NCBI GenBank assembly: GCA_017999345.1
Contig: JAGNLY010000002.1
Span: forward strand, 4,425 to 68,424
DNA: 64,000 nucleotides
Source of the DNA: Candidatus Woesebacteria bacterium
GTDB lineage: Bacteria > Patescibacteriota > Microgenomatia > UBA1400 > PJMF01
Direction: 5' to 3'
The notes under the pieces were generated by a model, which saw nothing but the letters and a program-made list of their open reading frames with translations, did no database searches and was not told where the DNA came from. Of the stretch, positions 47,616-54,801 are shown one piece after another; positions within the stretch are counted from its first letter, which is position 1; the number at the start of each line of letters is the position of its first letter. The translations under genes were made by a program, and so were the position numbers.

Positions 47616-48407
47616 TTATACTTTGAATATTGCCTTAAAATCATCCAGCCCCTCTAGATATCCTCCTTCTATCGGCTCAAAATCTTCTTTTTTTGTAAGC
47701 TCAAGATCAATAATTTTGATTTTTCCTTCAGGAGTAATAAAAAAATCTAAGTCACTAATTTTAAAATGCTCTTCTAATTTAGCCATTTGGCTTGCTAAAA
47801 TTCTTGCCTCACCAGTAGCGATAGCCCACATAGTTGAAGGTACAAACTTTTGCAGAGCCATTCTTTTGAGATCAGTCCATTTGTCAGGATTTTCCTTAAA
47901 ATATTCTTCAACTTCAGCTATTGGAATTGAGGCAGTAAGCAATTCGATAACCTTGATCACAAAAGTTTTTAATTGCACTCCCTCTTCTCTTTCTTGAACA
48001 ACAAAAAGTTGTTTGTCAGGCGCAGAACTTGCTGAAATTTCTACGTACTCGGTTTCTGGTAAAAAATGGTTGGTTATATATTCTCTGAGGATTTTATCTT
48101 GATCTGCTTCTCTTTGCCAAGCCTCTCTTGATTCAGCGTCGAAAGCTTTTAAAACAATATCTGGCTCATCTGAAGAAACAAAAACTTTCTTGAATGCCGT
48201 TGCCTCATCTGTTAATAATTCAAGTTTTCCAGAAGCAACTTGCTCTGATAACCATACTTCTAATCTTCCTTGATCTTCTGATTCGTCTGAGAGTGAGTTA
48301 AGTTTTTCTTTAAGTTTTGAAACTGGATTATCAACCTTAGTTCGCTTAGTAGCAACATCATACTTTCCAATCGATTCGAGTGGTGATTTCATGGCTTCAT
48401 CAATCAT
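47616..48407 (-). CDS. hypothetical protein, weak protein-kinase-like C-terminal strand pattern
   Basis: 263 aa; ISDLDFFITPEGKIKIIDLE resembles the catalytic-loop/DFG region of APH/RIO-type kinases without the His/Asn. Confidence 0.4.
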   Translation of the reverse strand: MIDEAMKSPLESIGKYDVATKRTKVDNPVSKLKEKLNSLSDESEDQGRLEVWLSEQVASGKLELLTDEATAFKKVFVSSDEPDIVLKAFDAESREAWQREADQDKILREYITNHFLPETEYVEISASSAPDKQLFVVQEREEGVQLKTFVIKVIELLTASIPIAEVEEYFKENPDKWTDLKRMALQKFVPSTMWAIATGEARILASQMAKLEEHFKISDLDFFITPEGKIKIIDLELTKKEDFEPIEGGYLEGLDDFKAIFKV

Positions 48408-48419
48408 AAAAAATAAGCC

Positions 48420-48770
48420 TTATTCTATTTTATTCAGCAAAAAAACTTGCAAATAAGCTTTGTAAAAAGGAAGAGACTCTAAAACAATTCTGCTTGCCCC
48501 ATCAACAGATCCTATAAAGGCAATTGTCGCAGAAGACGCAATTGATAGCCTGCTTAAAGGTAATTTATCGATTATTTCAAATACTGGCTGAGCATAAATT
48601 GGTAATAATTCGGGATTAATCAATGCAACTAAAAATAAGTATGTCGCTATTGCTCCAGCAACATATTCTAATTCTGGTCTAATTTCATTTCTCAGCTTTT
48701 GTATGGCATCAAGTATCTCTGAATTTGTTGAAGGATTGTGCTTAAATTGACTTTCTTCATCGATGATCAT
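48420..48770 (-). CDS. hypothetical small protein
   Basis: 116-aa ORF in a co-directional string, 12 nt before the next ORF. Confidence 0.45.
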   Translation of the reverse strand: MIIDEESQFKHNPSTNSEILDAIQKLRNEIRPELEYVAGAIATYLFLVALINPELLPIYAQPVFEIIDKLPLSRLSIASSATIAFIGSVDGASRIVLESLPFYKAYLQVFLLNKIE

Positions 48771-48799
48771 ATTTCCATTTTATCAGACAAACAAAACTA

Positions 48800-49264
48800 T
48801 TAATTTGCTAGATAGGTTCTAAGTGCGATTTCTAACACATGGCTTTTAGCTCCTTTTAGAATAGATGTGTCAATTTTGTAGCCTTTAAGAAAAGAAAAGT
48901 CATCATCTAAGACACTTTGCAAAATCTCAGTATTTAGAACATTTGTAAGCTTTAATGCTGCGTGCAATGCATTAAAAACAAGAGCTAGGCTGTCTCGATG
49001 AATTTCTACAGTTGCAGCAAGAGTGTTGTCTTCATGAGCATTTTCAGCAATCCTTGCAATCTCTTTAATACTCTCATTTGAAGCAAGAATTGTATTCGAT
49101 GCAGATTTAAAATCTGGAACATAGCCGAAATTTTTTCGACAAAGTATGGTGATATATGCAGCTTCTTTTATGGAATTAGCGGGATACTTGCCTTGGGCTT
49201 TGATAAAAAGTTTAAAAAATTCCTTATTAAGATCATGCTCAGATAATTCTTTATGTTTAATCAT
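48800..49264 (-). CDS. hypothetical alpha-helical protein
   Basis: 154-aa ORF, no motif recognised. Confidence 0.5.
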   Translation of the reverse strand: MIKHKELSEHDLNKEFFKLFIKAQGKYPANSIKEAAYITILCRKNFGYVPDFKSASNTILASNESIKEIARIAENAHEDNTLAATVEIHRDSLALVFNALHAALKLTNVLNTEILQSVLDDDFSFLKGYKIDTSILKGAKSHVLEIALRTYLAN

Positions 49265-49344
49265 TTTCCCTTATCCAATATTTTATAAACTATAATTCTA
49301 ATAACTATATTTTATTTGCAGTGCCTAGCGAAGAAAGTAAGAAC

Positions 49345-49920
49345 CTATTTAATAAAGACTTCTTTGAGTACCTCCACTCTATGTTTGACTTCTGCCCTCA
49401 CTTCATCAAAAAATATTTTCTTGTTAAAATCATGCTCGATTTTTTTTGACACCCATTCTCTACATTCTTCAAAATTCTTATTTTCTGGCAAATGCATCCA
49501 AGTAAAATGTACAAAGAAATCTGTTGTTATGTGTGCTAAGGCATCTGCGGTTGCCATCACTTTACCTTCTATTTGAGTTGGAATAAACCCGTCTCTACAA
49601 GAATGTGGAGCAATCACCTCCTCTAAGATTTCTTTAATCTCTTCTCTGCTGTATCCTGCTTTTTCTAGTACTTGGCTAGATTTTTCTACAGTAATTGAAG
49701 CATGCTCAGCAGAGTTACGATGAACAAAAGCATCGCCAAAATCATGAAGCCATGCGCCAGCTACAGATATATCTGTCTTTGCTCCAAACCGATTAGATAA
49801 CTCCTCAGTTTTTTTTGCAACAACGGGAACGTGGTTCTTCCACATCCATTTACCAAACCACTCTTGAGAGTTTTCGTACGCATCCTTAACTAATTCAGCT
49901 ACTTTGGTATGTTTATTCAT
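49345..49920 (-). CDS. HD-domain phosphohydrolase
   Basis: NHVPVVAKK..AWLHDFGDAFVH..(H...HD...D pattern). Confidence 0.8.
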   Translation of the reverse strand: MNKHTKVAELVKDAYENSQEWFGKWMWKNHVPVVAKKTEELSNRFGAKTDISVAGAWLHDFGDAFVHRNSAEHASITVEKSSQVLEKAGYSREEIKEILEEVIAPHSCRDGFIPTQIEGKVMATADALAHITTDFFVHFTWMHLPENKNFEECREWVSKKIEHDFNKKIFFDEVRAEVKHRVEVLKEVFIK

Positions 49921-49970
49921 AACTTAATTCTATCAGAGAAAATGGTCAGGTAGACGATCCCAAATCTATT

Positions 49971-50234
49971 TCAATATTGGTCATGTCTTACTAAGTCAAA
50001 AAAAACATAAGCGTCATCCTCTTTAATTGCCAATGCTCGCAAATCTCCTTCTATTCGAATAGCATACTGACTGGATCTCTCGCCCTTTAATCTATGCAAA
50101 CGTAATCCCACATGATATGGATTTTCTTTAAATCTTTTAAATTGTTTTCTAAATGTTTTGTCTAAAAGAGGGTTTTTATTTATAAATTTTGATATTTTTT
50201 TCTTAAATGCTGAAGTATAAATAACTTTTGTCAT
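49971..50234 (-). CDS. type II toxin, RelE/ParE superfamily
   Basis: 87 aa; ..NPYHVGLRLHRLKGERSSQYAIRIEGDLRALAIKEDDAYVFFDLVRHDQY fits the RelE/ParE beta-sheet pattern; 4-nt overlap with the upstream small ORF. Confidence 0.75.
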   Translation of the reverse strand: MTKVIYTSAFKKKISKFINKNPLLDKTFRKQFKRFKENPYHVGLRLHRLKGERSSQYAIRIEGDLRALAIKEDDAYVFFDLVRHDQY

Positions 50235-50488
50235 AGAGAATCAAAAAACTCATCAACATCATCCATTTCATGAGTTTTTCCCAAACGATGATCTTCTAAA
50301 GCCTTTAAACCATTTTCTTCTGTTTCCTTGCTCATTTTAAAAGTTGGAACTTCATTTTTCAAAATTTCTTCTGATGCTTTACTTATAAAAAAACGAATAG
50401 TCTTTGGTAGATTGTAACCAAATTGAGAACCATAATTTTCCAAAAGAGCAGCTTCTTGAGTTGTGAGAGATAATTGAACTTTAGTCAT
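50231..50488 (-). CDS. antitoxin partner of the RelE/ParE-like toxin
   Basis: 85 aa, acidic C-terminus, ATGA overlap with toxin, palindromic operator in its promoter. Confidence 0.6.
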   Translation of the reverse strand: MTKVQLSLTTQEAALLENYGSQFGYNLPKTIRFFISKASEEILKNEVPTFKMSKETEENGLKALEDHRLGKTHEMDDVDEFFDSL

Positions 50489-50497
50489 AGTAGTACT

Positions 50498-50532
50498 ACT
50501 TTATTATTAAATCATTGTTTTGTCAATGATTT
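50498..50532 (-). promoter_or_regulatory. TA promoter with overlapping palindromic operator
   Basis: Minus strand TTGACA (50521-50526), N17, TAAAGT (50498-50503), ATG 9 nt later; perfect inverted repeat aaatcattg/caatgattt (50509-50517 / 50524-50532) spans the -35. Confidence 0.5.
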
Positions 50533-50552
50533 AGAACTATTTTTGAGATTTT

Positions 50553-50620
50553 TCAGGGACTAGTGAATGATGTTAGAACCTATTTTTCCTCAAGTTGGGA
50601 TGTGGGCTTGGGCTTATAAG
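50553..50620 (-). repeat. tRNA-Trp-3'-portion-like repeat, copy A (most decayed long copy)
   Basis: Minus strand ..GGTTCTAACATCATTCACTAGTCCCTGAA; aligns with copies C/D; a half-copy gatttagaactattttt abuts it at 50528-50544. Confidence 0.65.
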
Positions 50621-50643
50621 TATAAAAAAATAGCCTCGCAAAG

Positions 50644-50964
50644 TTATTTTATTAAAAAATAAAAAAGTAACAATATAGTTCCAAAAATTAAATAAAAAAT
50701 TCCCCAATTAACTGCTTCTTTTCCATTAACTTCCTTCATTGGACCATTATCAGAAATCATCACTAATGACTTTTTAGATGTTATTACTAAAATTCCTAAA
50801 ATAAAAATGCTAGTTGCAGAAATAAGTAAAGAAAAATAACCTTCAAAAAGTGCTGAGTAAAATAATGTTGAAAATATTCCAACCACAAAGATAGTTGCTT
50901 GAGTTTTAAACTCTTTAACTTCAAAAATTCTTTTTACAATACTTGGAAAATCTCTATAAATCAT
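50644..50964 (-). CDS. hypothetical small membrane protein (3 TM)
   Basis: 106-aa ORF, three hydrophobic helices. Confidence 0.5.
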   Translation of the reverse strand: MIYRDFPSIVKRIFEVKEFKTQATIFVVGIFSTLFYSALFEGYFSLLISATSIFILGILVITSKKSLVMISDNGPMKEVNGKEAVNWGIFYLIFGTILLLFYFLIK

Positions 50965-50983
50965 TAATAAAATAATAGCATGA

Positions 50984-51883
50984 TTAAGGCATATTTAATT
51001 TCTTAATCTCTTTAACTTTTCCATCACCAATACCTACGTAAGACATCTCTAATAATTTATTGACCAATTCTTTTAGCTCAATTTTACCAGTTGATTCTTC
51101 TCTAATTTTTTCAGCCGCATCATCTAAAATATTATCTCTTAAAGATGGAAAAATTGCTTTAACCATATCAAGGGCTATGCGCTTTGAATAACTTGCATCT
51201 TTTAGAAAAATTCTAAAAACATTTTCTAAAGCCAAAATAGCATTTTTCGGAGAGTTTTCTTTTATAGCTCTCTCTAAAAATCTTGTGGAGACAGTAATAA
51301 TTTGATCTAAGCCAAAAGGTGTATCTGGAAAACAATACTTTTCACAATAAAGTTTAAAGGCTTCAGCAGCTCTTTCAAATTTAGCTTTTTCAATCAAAGA
51401 AATCAAAGCAAAAACGTCTGTTGATTTTTGTTCGCTAAGATCTAACAATAAAACTAAAATCTGACTACTCAAATTATTAATTTCATCACTAGGTGCAACT
51501 TTGGAAACAAATTCTAGCAAACTCAACATGTCTCTAAGACAAATTAGTTGTGCTGATTGATTTTCTACTAACGCCCCATCCCAATATTCATTTCTTTCTT
51601 TGGCTTCTTTTTGTCTTGCTGAAACTGGATAATGATCTAAGAGCACTTGAATTGCATTTTTAAAATGCTTAAACGCTACTTCAGATTCACTTTTTAGAGC
51701 CGCTGACTTACTAAGTACTAAAGCAAGTCTAGAATACTCGGCATGTTTTTTTCTTGATTCTAAAGAATTCGGATGAGAAGGATTTAGCTCAAATAATGCT
51801 TTAATTGCTTCGTCAGCTGCTTGAGATGAATCATCTTTTTTTACATGTTTGTTCCAAATTTTTTGCTCCTGAGATTGTGACAT
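50984..51883 (-). CDS. hypothetical all-alpha protein
   Basis: Track start 51952 lies inside a terminator stem; ATG 51883 sits 7 nt after TGATATAAT (51891-51899), giving 299 aa. Confidence 0.55.
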   Translation of the reverse strand: MSQSQEQKIWNKHVKKDDSSQAADEAIKALFELNPSHPNSLESRKKHAEYSRLALVLSKSAALKSESEVAFKHFKNAIQVLLDHYPVSARQKEAKERNEYWDGALVENQSAQLICLRDMLSLLEFVSKVAPSDEINNLSSQILVLLLDLSEQKSTDVFALISLIEKAKFERAAEAFKLYCEKYCFPDTPFGLDQIITVSTRFLERAIKENSPKNAILALENVFRIFLKDASYSKRIALDMVKAIFPSLRDNILDDAAEKIREESTGKIELKELVNKLLEMSYVGIGDGKVKEIKKLNMP

Positions 51884-51925
51884 ATAAGTGATTATATCAA
51901 AATAAACTACCACAAAAGATGAAAG

Positions 51926-51958
51926 CCCAAGATGGAACTCTTGAGTTTCCATCTTGGG
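51926..51958 (-). terminator. intrinsic terminator after the 153-aa ORF
   Basis: Perfect 12-bp inverted repeat cccaagatggaa / ttccatcttggg with 9-nt loop; T-rich tract follows on the minus strand. Confidence 0.6.
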
Positions 51959-51980
51959 CTGTTAATTGAATATTATTTTT

Positions 51981-52442
51981 TTATCTGCTAGTCCATATCG
52001 GACCAACAGACATTGAGGCCTGTCCAGACATGTGCTTCCAGATTAAGGTATCAAAGTTGTCGTAGGATGATAGGATGCAGGAAGAACCTTCTTCGCTATG
52101 CTCATCCATTGTGCTTGTGTCTTTTGAAATTACACAATACGTTCCGCCATTATTATGGACATAAGATTTATCACCCTGATGTCCGATAGATGGGGAATCC
52201 CCTTCAATGTAGAAACCAATGAAAAGGTAGGTAAACATGACCTTTTCCTTGGTGACCTCGTACACTTTGATTTGCGCAGTATTAATCTTGGTTAGCTCCC
52301 AATTAATAGGGTAATACCAAGAATAGATTGCACTTGCTAAAACCAAAAGTGCACAAACTGATATTAAGATCTGCAGCCAATTCTTATGAAGAAAGGCTAA
52401 AGAATTTCTTAATACCATCTTCAATGACTTAAAGCTAAACAT
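51981..52442 (-). CDS. hypothetical membrane-anchored protein
   Basis: GGAGG 5 nt before ATG 52442; single TM (ILISVCALLVLASAIY) then about 100-aa extracytoplasmic domain with 2 Cys. Confidence 0.55.
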   Translation of the reverse strand: MFSFKSLKMVLRNSLAFLHKNWLQILISVCALLVLASAIYSWYYPINWELTKINTAQIKVYEVTKEKVMFTYLFIGFYIEGDSPSIGHQGDKSYVHNNGGTYCVISKDTSTMDEHSEEGSSCILSSYDNFDTLIWKHMSGQASMSVGPIWTSR

Positions 52443-52629
52443 TTTGTCCTCCAGGACTCTGGTGCTACCAGAAAAATAGTCGGTGACAGTGCGCGACACT
52501 GTTTCTTATCCTCAAATTTATTTTAATTAAGAATAAAAAACAGTGTCGCTAATAATATTCAATTTTTAACGTGCATGCTCCAAAATTTTGATAAATATAT
52601 TATCAGTTTTAAAGCAAATGCAAAGAAAT

Positions 52630-52658
52630 ATTATATCAAAATATATCAATAATGTCAA
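52630..52658 (-). promoter_or_regulatory. consensus promoter TTGACA-N17-TGaTATAAT
   Basis: Minus strand TTGACA = 52653-52658, 17-nt spacer, TATAAT = 52630-52635 with TGA immediately upstream; lies directly next to repeat copy B. Confidence 0.6.
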
Positions 52659-52670
52659 TTGTTATAGGTC

Positions 52671-52705
52671 GTTGCAGGGACTAGTGAATGATTTTTGAAC
52701 CTATT
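52671..52705 (-). repeat. tRNA-Trp-3'-portion-like repeat, copy B (short)
   Basis: Minus strand GGTTCAAAAATCATTCACTAGTCCCTGCAAC; left flank identical to that of copy E, right part like copy A. Confidence 0.65.
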
Positions 52706-52724
52706 AAGTAGAGCAATGTGTTTC

Positions 52725-52754
52725 TTGACATCATAAGTTCTAAAATTATACAAT
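52725..52754 (+). promoter_or_regulatory. promoter TTGACA-N18-TACAAT
   Basis: TTGACA 52725-52730, TACAAT 52749-52754; ATG 52763 follows 8 nt later without SD. Confidence 0.4.
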
Positions 52755-52762
52755 TTGAATAT

Positions 52763-53014
52763 ATGAATAGCAAAGAACTGGCTAAGGTCAAAAAACCATT
52801 CGAACCAAGAGGATATTCAGTTGTGGCAAATGACCCGCTAGCACAATTATTGATTAATGAAACTTTAAGAGATTCAGGCTCGGGTACATTGGAAATGTAT
52901 GACCATGGGGAACTGATTCAATTTATGCTGCCGGCGAAAAGCATTGCCGAGCGAGATGCTTACATTATCATGCTTGAAGCATTGTATAAGATTCGTAAAA
53001 ATAAAAATCAATAA
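52763..53014 (+). CDS. hypothetical small protein
   Basis: 83 aa from ATG 52763 (track GTG 52718 would start inside the promoter); convergent with the 110-aa ORF. Confidence 0.45.
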   Translation: MNSKELAKVKKPFEPRGYSVVANDPLAQLLINETLRDSGSGTLEMYDHGELIQFMLPAKSIAERDAYIIMLEALYKIRKNKNQ

Positions 53015-53088
53015 TCTGCCCAACTACTTTCAGAATATATCAATAAGCTGCTGAATAAAACCATAAAATAGAGCACATTCGGCTATGT

Positions 53089-53421
53089 TCAAACTTTTTC
53101 TTTTGCAATTGGCGTACTATCAGCTGACCAGGAATAACCATATTTATCAATCTTTAGTTGGAGCTGTCTAAACCAAGGCATACAAATTCCATAAGCATTA
53201 AAACGAACGACTTCACCACTTTCAAGAGTTACCTCAAATCTACCATCTTCCTCTACCTTTGTGACTTTTCCTTTGGCAAGAAGATCAGTTGAATTTTGCA
53301 ACCTAGCTTCAAGCTCTACTTCAGCATCTATAGTAGCGACACTCCTAACAAAATCTCTGCGTTTCCTCGCATTTTCCATTTTGAGTTGCTCTGCCTCACC
53401 TTTGTCTAAATTTTCAAACAT
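53089..53421 (-). CDS. hypothetical small protein
   Basis: 110-aa ORF, AAGGAG 5 nt before ATG. Confidence 0.55.
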   Translation of the reverse strand: MFENLDKGEAEQLKMENARKRRDFVRSVATIDAEVELEARLQNSTDLLAKGKVTKVEEDGRFEVTLESGEVVRFNAYGICMPWFRQLQLKIDKYGYSWSADSTPIAKEKV

Positions 53422-53518
53422 TTTTCTCCTTATTCTTAATTGCTCTGAAATTAGTATACATCAACAAATAATCTTTGAAAAATAATTAGAAATTATGATA
53501 GGAAGACCTATTTATATG

Positions 53519-53600
53519 AAAAAATTGGTGATTTGCAGGGACTAGTAAAGGATGTTCGAACCTATTTTTCCTCGATTTGGGAGGTGGTTTTAGTCTTATA
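53519..53600 (-). repeat. tRNA-Trp-3'-portion-like repeat, copy C
   Basis: Minus strand ..ACCACCTCCCAAATCGAGGAAAAATAGGTTCGAACATCCTTTACTAGTCCCTGCAAATCACCAATTTTT; near-identical to copy D. Confidence 0.7.
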
Positions 53601-53634
53601 GTTTTGAACTATTTAATAATGTTTAATGAAAACA

Positions 53635-53937
53635 TTATTTTGGTGCTATGCGCCGAATATCGTTTAACAGTGTCATTAAAGCAACTGAGTCACTCCAATC
53701 CGCTGCGTTGACAAGATTTATAATATGATCTAACTTTGATGGATCTAGTCCATTATATACTGGCAATTTTTTAGCATCTACTAATCTAGCAATCATTTTT
53801 TTCTTAGCTCCTTCAAAATCATTATCATTTTTGAGTCTTACAGGTGTTAAAACATTTCCAAGTAAATCATCTAACTCAAACTGTGTTGAACCCCTATATT
53901 CATTATTCTCAGTCAATTCAGAACGATATGATTTCAT
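53635..53937 (-). CDS. hypothetical small protein
   Basis: 100-aa ORF preceded by TGATATAAT (53970-53978). Confidence 0.5.
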   Translation of the reverse strand: MKSYRSELTENNEYRGSTQFELDDLLGNVLTPVRLKNDNDFEGAKKKMIARLVDAKKLPVYNGLDPSKLDHIINLVNAADWSDSVALMTLLNDIRRIAPK

Positions 53938-54016
53938 AAAATGATATTTTCCATTTAGTATGCAAGTAAATTATATCATTTCTGAGAATAAAACTAAAAA
54001 ATAGATATCTATAGGC

Positions 54017-54096
54017 AAAAATTGGTGATTTGCAGGGATTAGTGAAGGATGTTCGCACCTATTATTATTCTAGTTTGGAGGTGGTTTTAGTCTTAA
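54017..54096 (-). repeat. tRNA-Trp-3'-portion-like repeat, copy D
   Basis: Minus strand ..ACCACCTCCAAACTAGAATAATAATAGGTGCGAACATCCTTCACTAATCCCTGCAAATCACCAATTTTT; contains CTCCAAA, identical to the Trp anticodon loop. Confidence 0.7.
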
Positions 54097-54132
54097 AATA
54101 ATTATGTTTAAATTCTGTTCTGTAGACGCAAA

Positions 54133-54157
54133 AGTGCCTCTCATTTAGAGAGGCACT
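54133..54157 (-). terminator. intrinsic terminator after the 69-aa ORF
   Basis: Perfect 10-bp stem agtgcctctc / gagaggcact, 5-nt loop, TTT on the minus strand. Confidence 0.6.
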
Positions 54158-54181
54158 GAAAACATTGCAAACTGAGTTTAT

Positions 54182-54391
54182 CTATTTTTTCTTTATGATG
54201 TTGAAAACTACTACGCCAACTATTCCAGCAGTAAGACCTGCTAAAAATGAAACTACAACCAATGGAAAAAAACCCATGGTTAGTTTCGGCACGACTAAAT
54301 GCTGGTAGCAAAAATTCAAACCTATGTTAACGAGCATAGACAATGAAAATGCTAACCTGTGGCCACGCATATCTTTGAACAAGTCTCTCAT
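54182..54391 (-). CDS. hypothetical small membrane protein (2 TM)
   Basis: 69 aa, GGAG 6 nt before ATG, two hydrophobic helices, KKK C-terminus. Confidence 0.5.
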   Translation of the reverse strand: MRDLFKDMRGHRLAFSLSMLVNIGLNFCYQHLVVPKLTMGFFPLVVVSFLAGLTAGIVGVVVFNIIKKK

Positions 54392-54573
54392 TTGATTCTC
54401 CAGTCAAATTATGGCTTTCCACTTCCTTCTCGTGAAACAGCTCTAAAAATCTCCCAAATTAATGAGGAACTTTATAAGCTGTTCCAATAAACTCTAGTTT
54501 TTAATGTGCATTAGAAATCAAACTCTTTTTCACCAGCAAATGGAGATAAGAATTTTTATTCTACTAATAGACT

Positions 54574-54602
54574 ATTATATCAAAATATATTGGATAAGTC
54601 AA
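54574..54602 (-). promoter_or_regulatory. consensus promoter TTGACT-N17-TGaTATAAT
   Basis: Minus strand TTGACT = 54597-54602, 17-nt spacer, TATAAT = 54574-54579; homologous to the 52630-52658 promoter. Confidence 0.6.
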
Positions 54603-54614
54603 TGTTATAGGTCG

Positions 54615-54634
54615 TTGCAGGGCCAGAGGGAATC
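54615..54634 (-). repeat. exact 20-nt copy of the tRNA-Trp 3' end (copy E)
   Basis: ttgcagggccagagggaatc identical to 54799-54818, same orientation. Confidence 0.9.
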
Positions 54635-54772
54635 TACGATTCGCCAACTATTTATATTTTAAGTCAGTTGGCTCACATGCATTTCCCAGGTGCCTTCACT
54701 TCGTTACGGCACTTGGTGTCAGAACTATGCTTCGCAAGGGTTAAATTTCCTATTGACCCCATAAAATAAAAT

Positions 54773-54790
54773 AGAACCCATTCGGGTTCT
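54773..54790 (-). terminator. intrinsic terminator after tRNA-Trp
   Basis: agaaccc attc gggttct hairpin; on the minus strand followed by ATTTTATTTTAT. Confidence 0.6.
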
Positions 54791-54801
54791 CTTTTACTTT
54801 G

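Noticed and set aside
53519-54096. Repeat copies C and D as complete tRNA pseudogenes
   Set aside because: No counterpart of the 5' acceptor strand (AGGGCCA) or D-arm is present upstream of the anticodon-like block. Only the anticodon-loop-to-3'-end part is recognisable.
50553-54634. Interpreting the repeats as integron attC sites (a CALIN-type array)
   Set aside because: The copies lack the R''/R' core pair (RYYYAAC ... GTTRRRY) and the imperfect-palindrome architecture of attC. GTTAGAA/GTTCGAA do not satisfy GTTRRRY. Their similarity is to the tRNA-Trp 3' portion instead.
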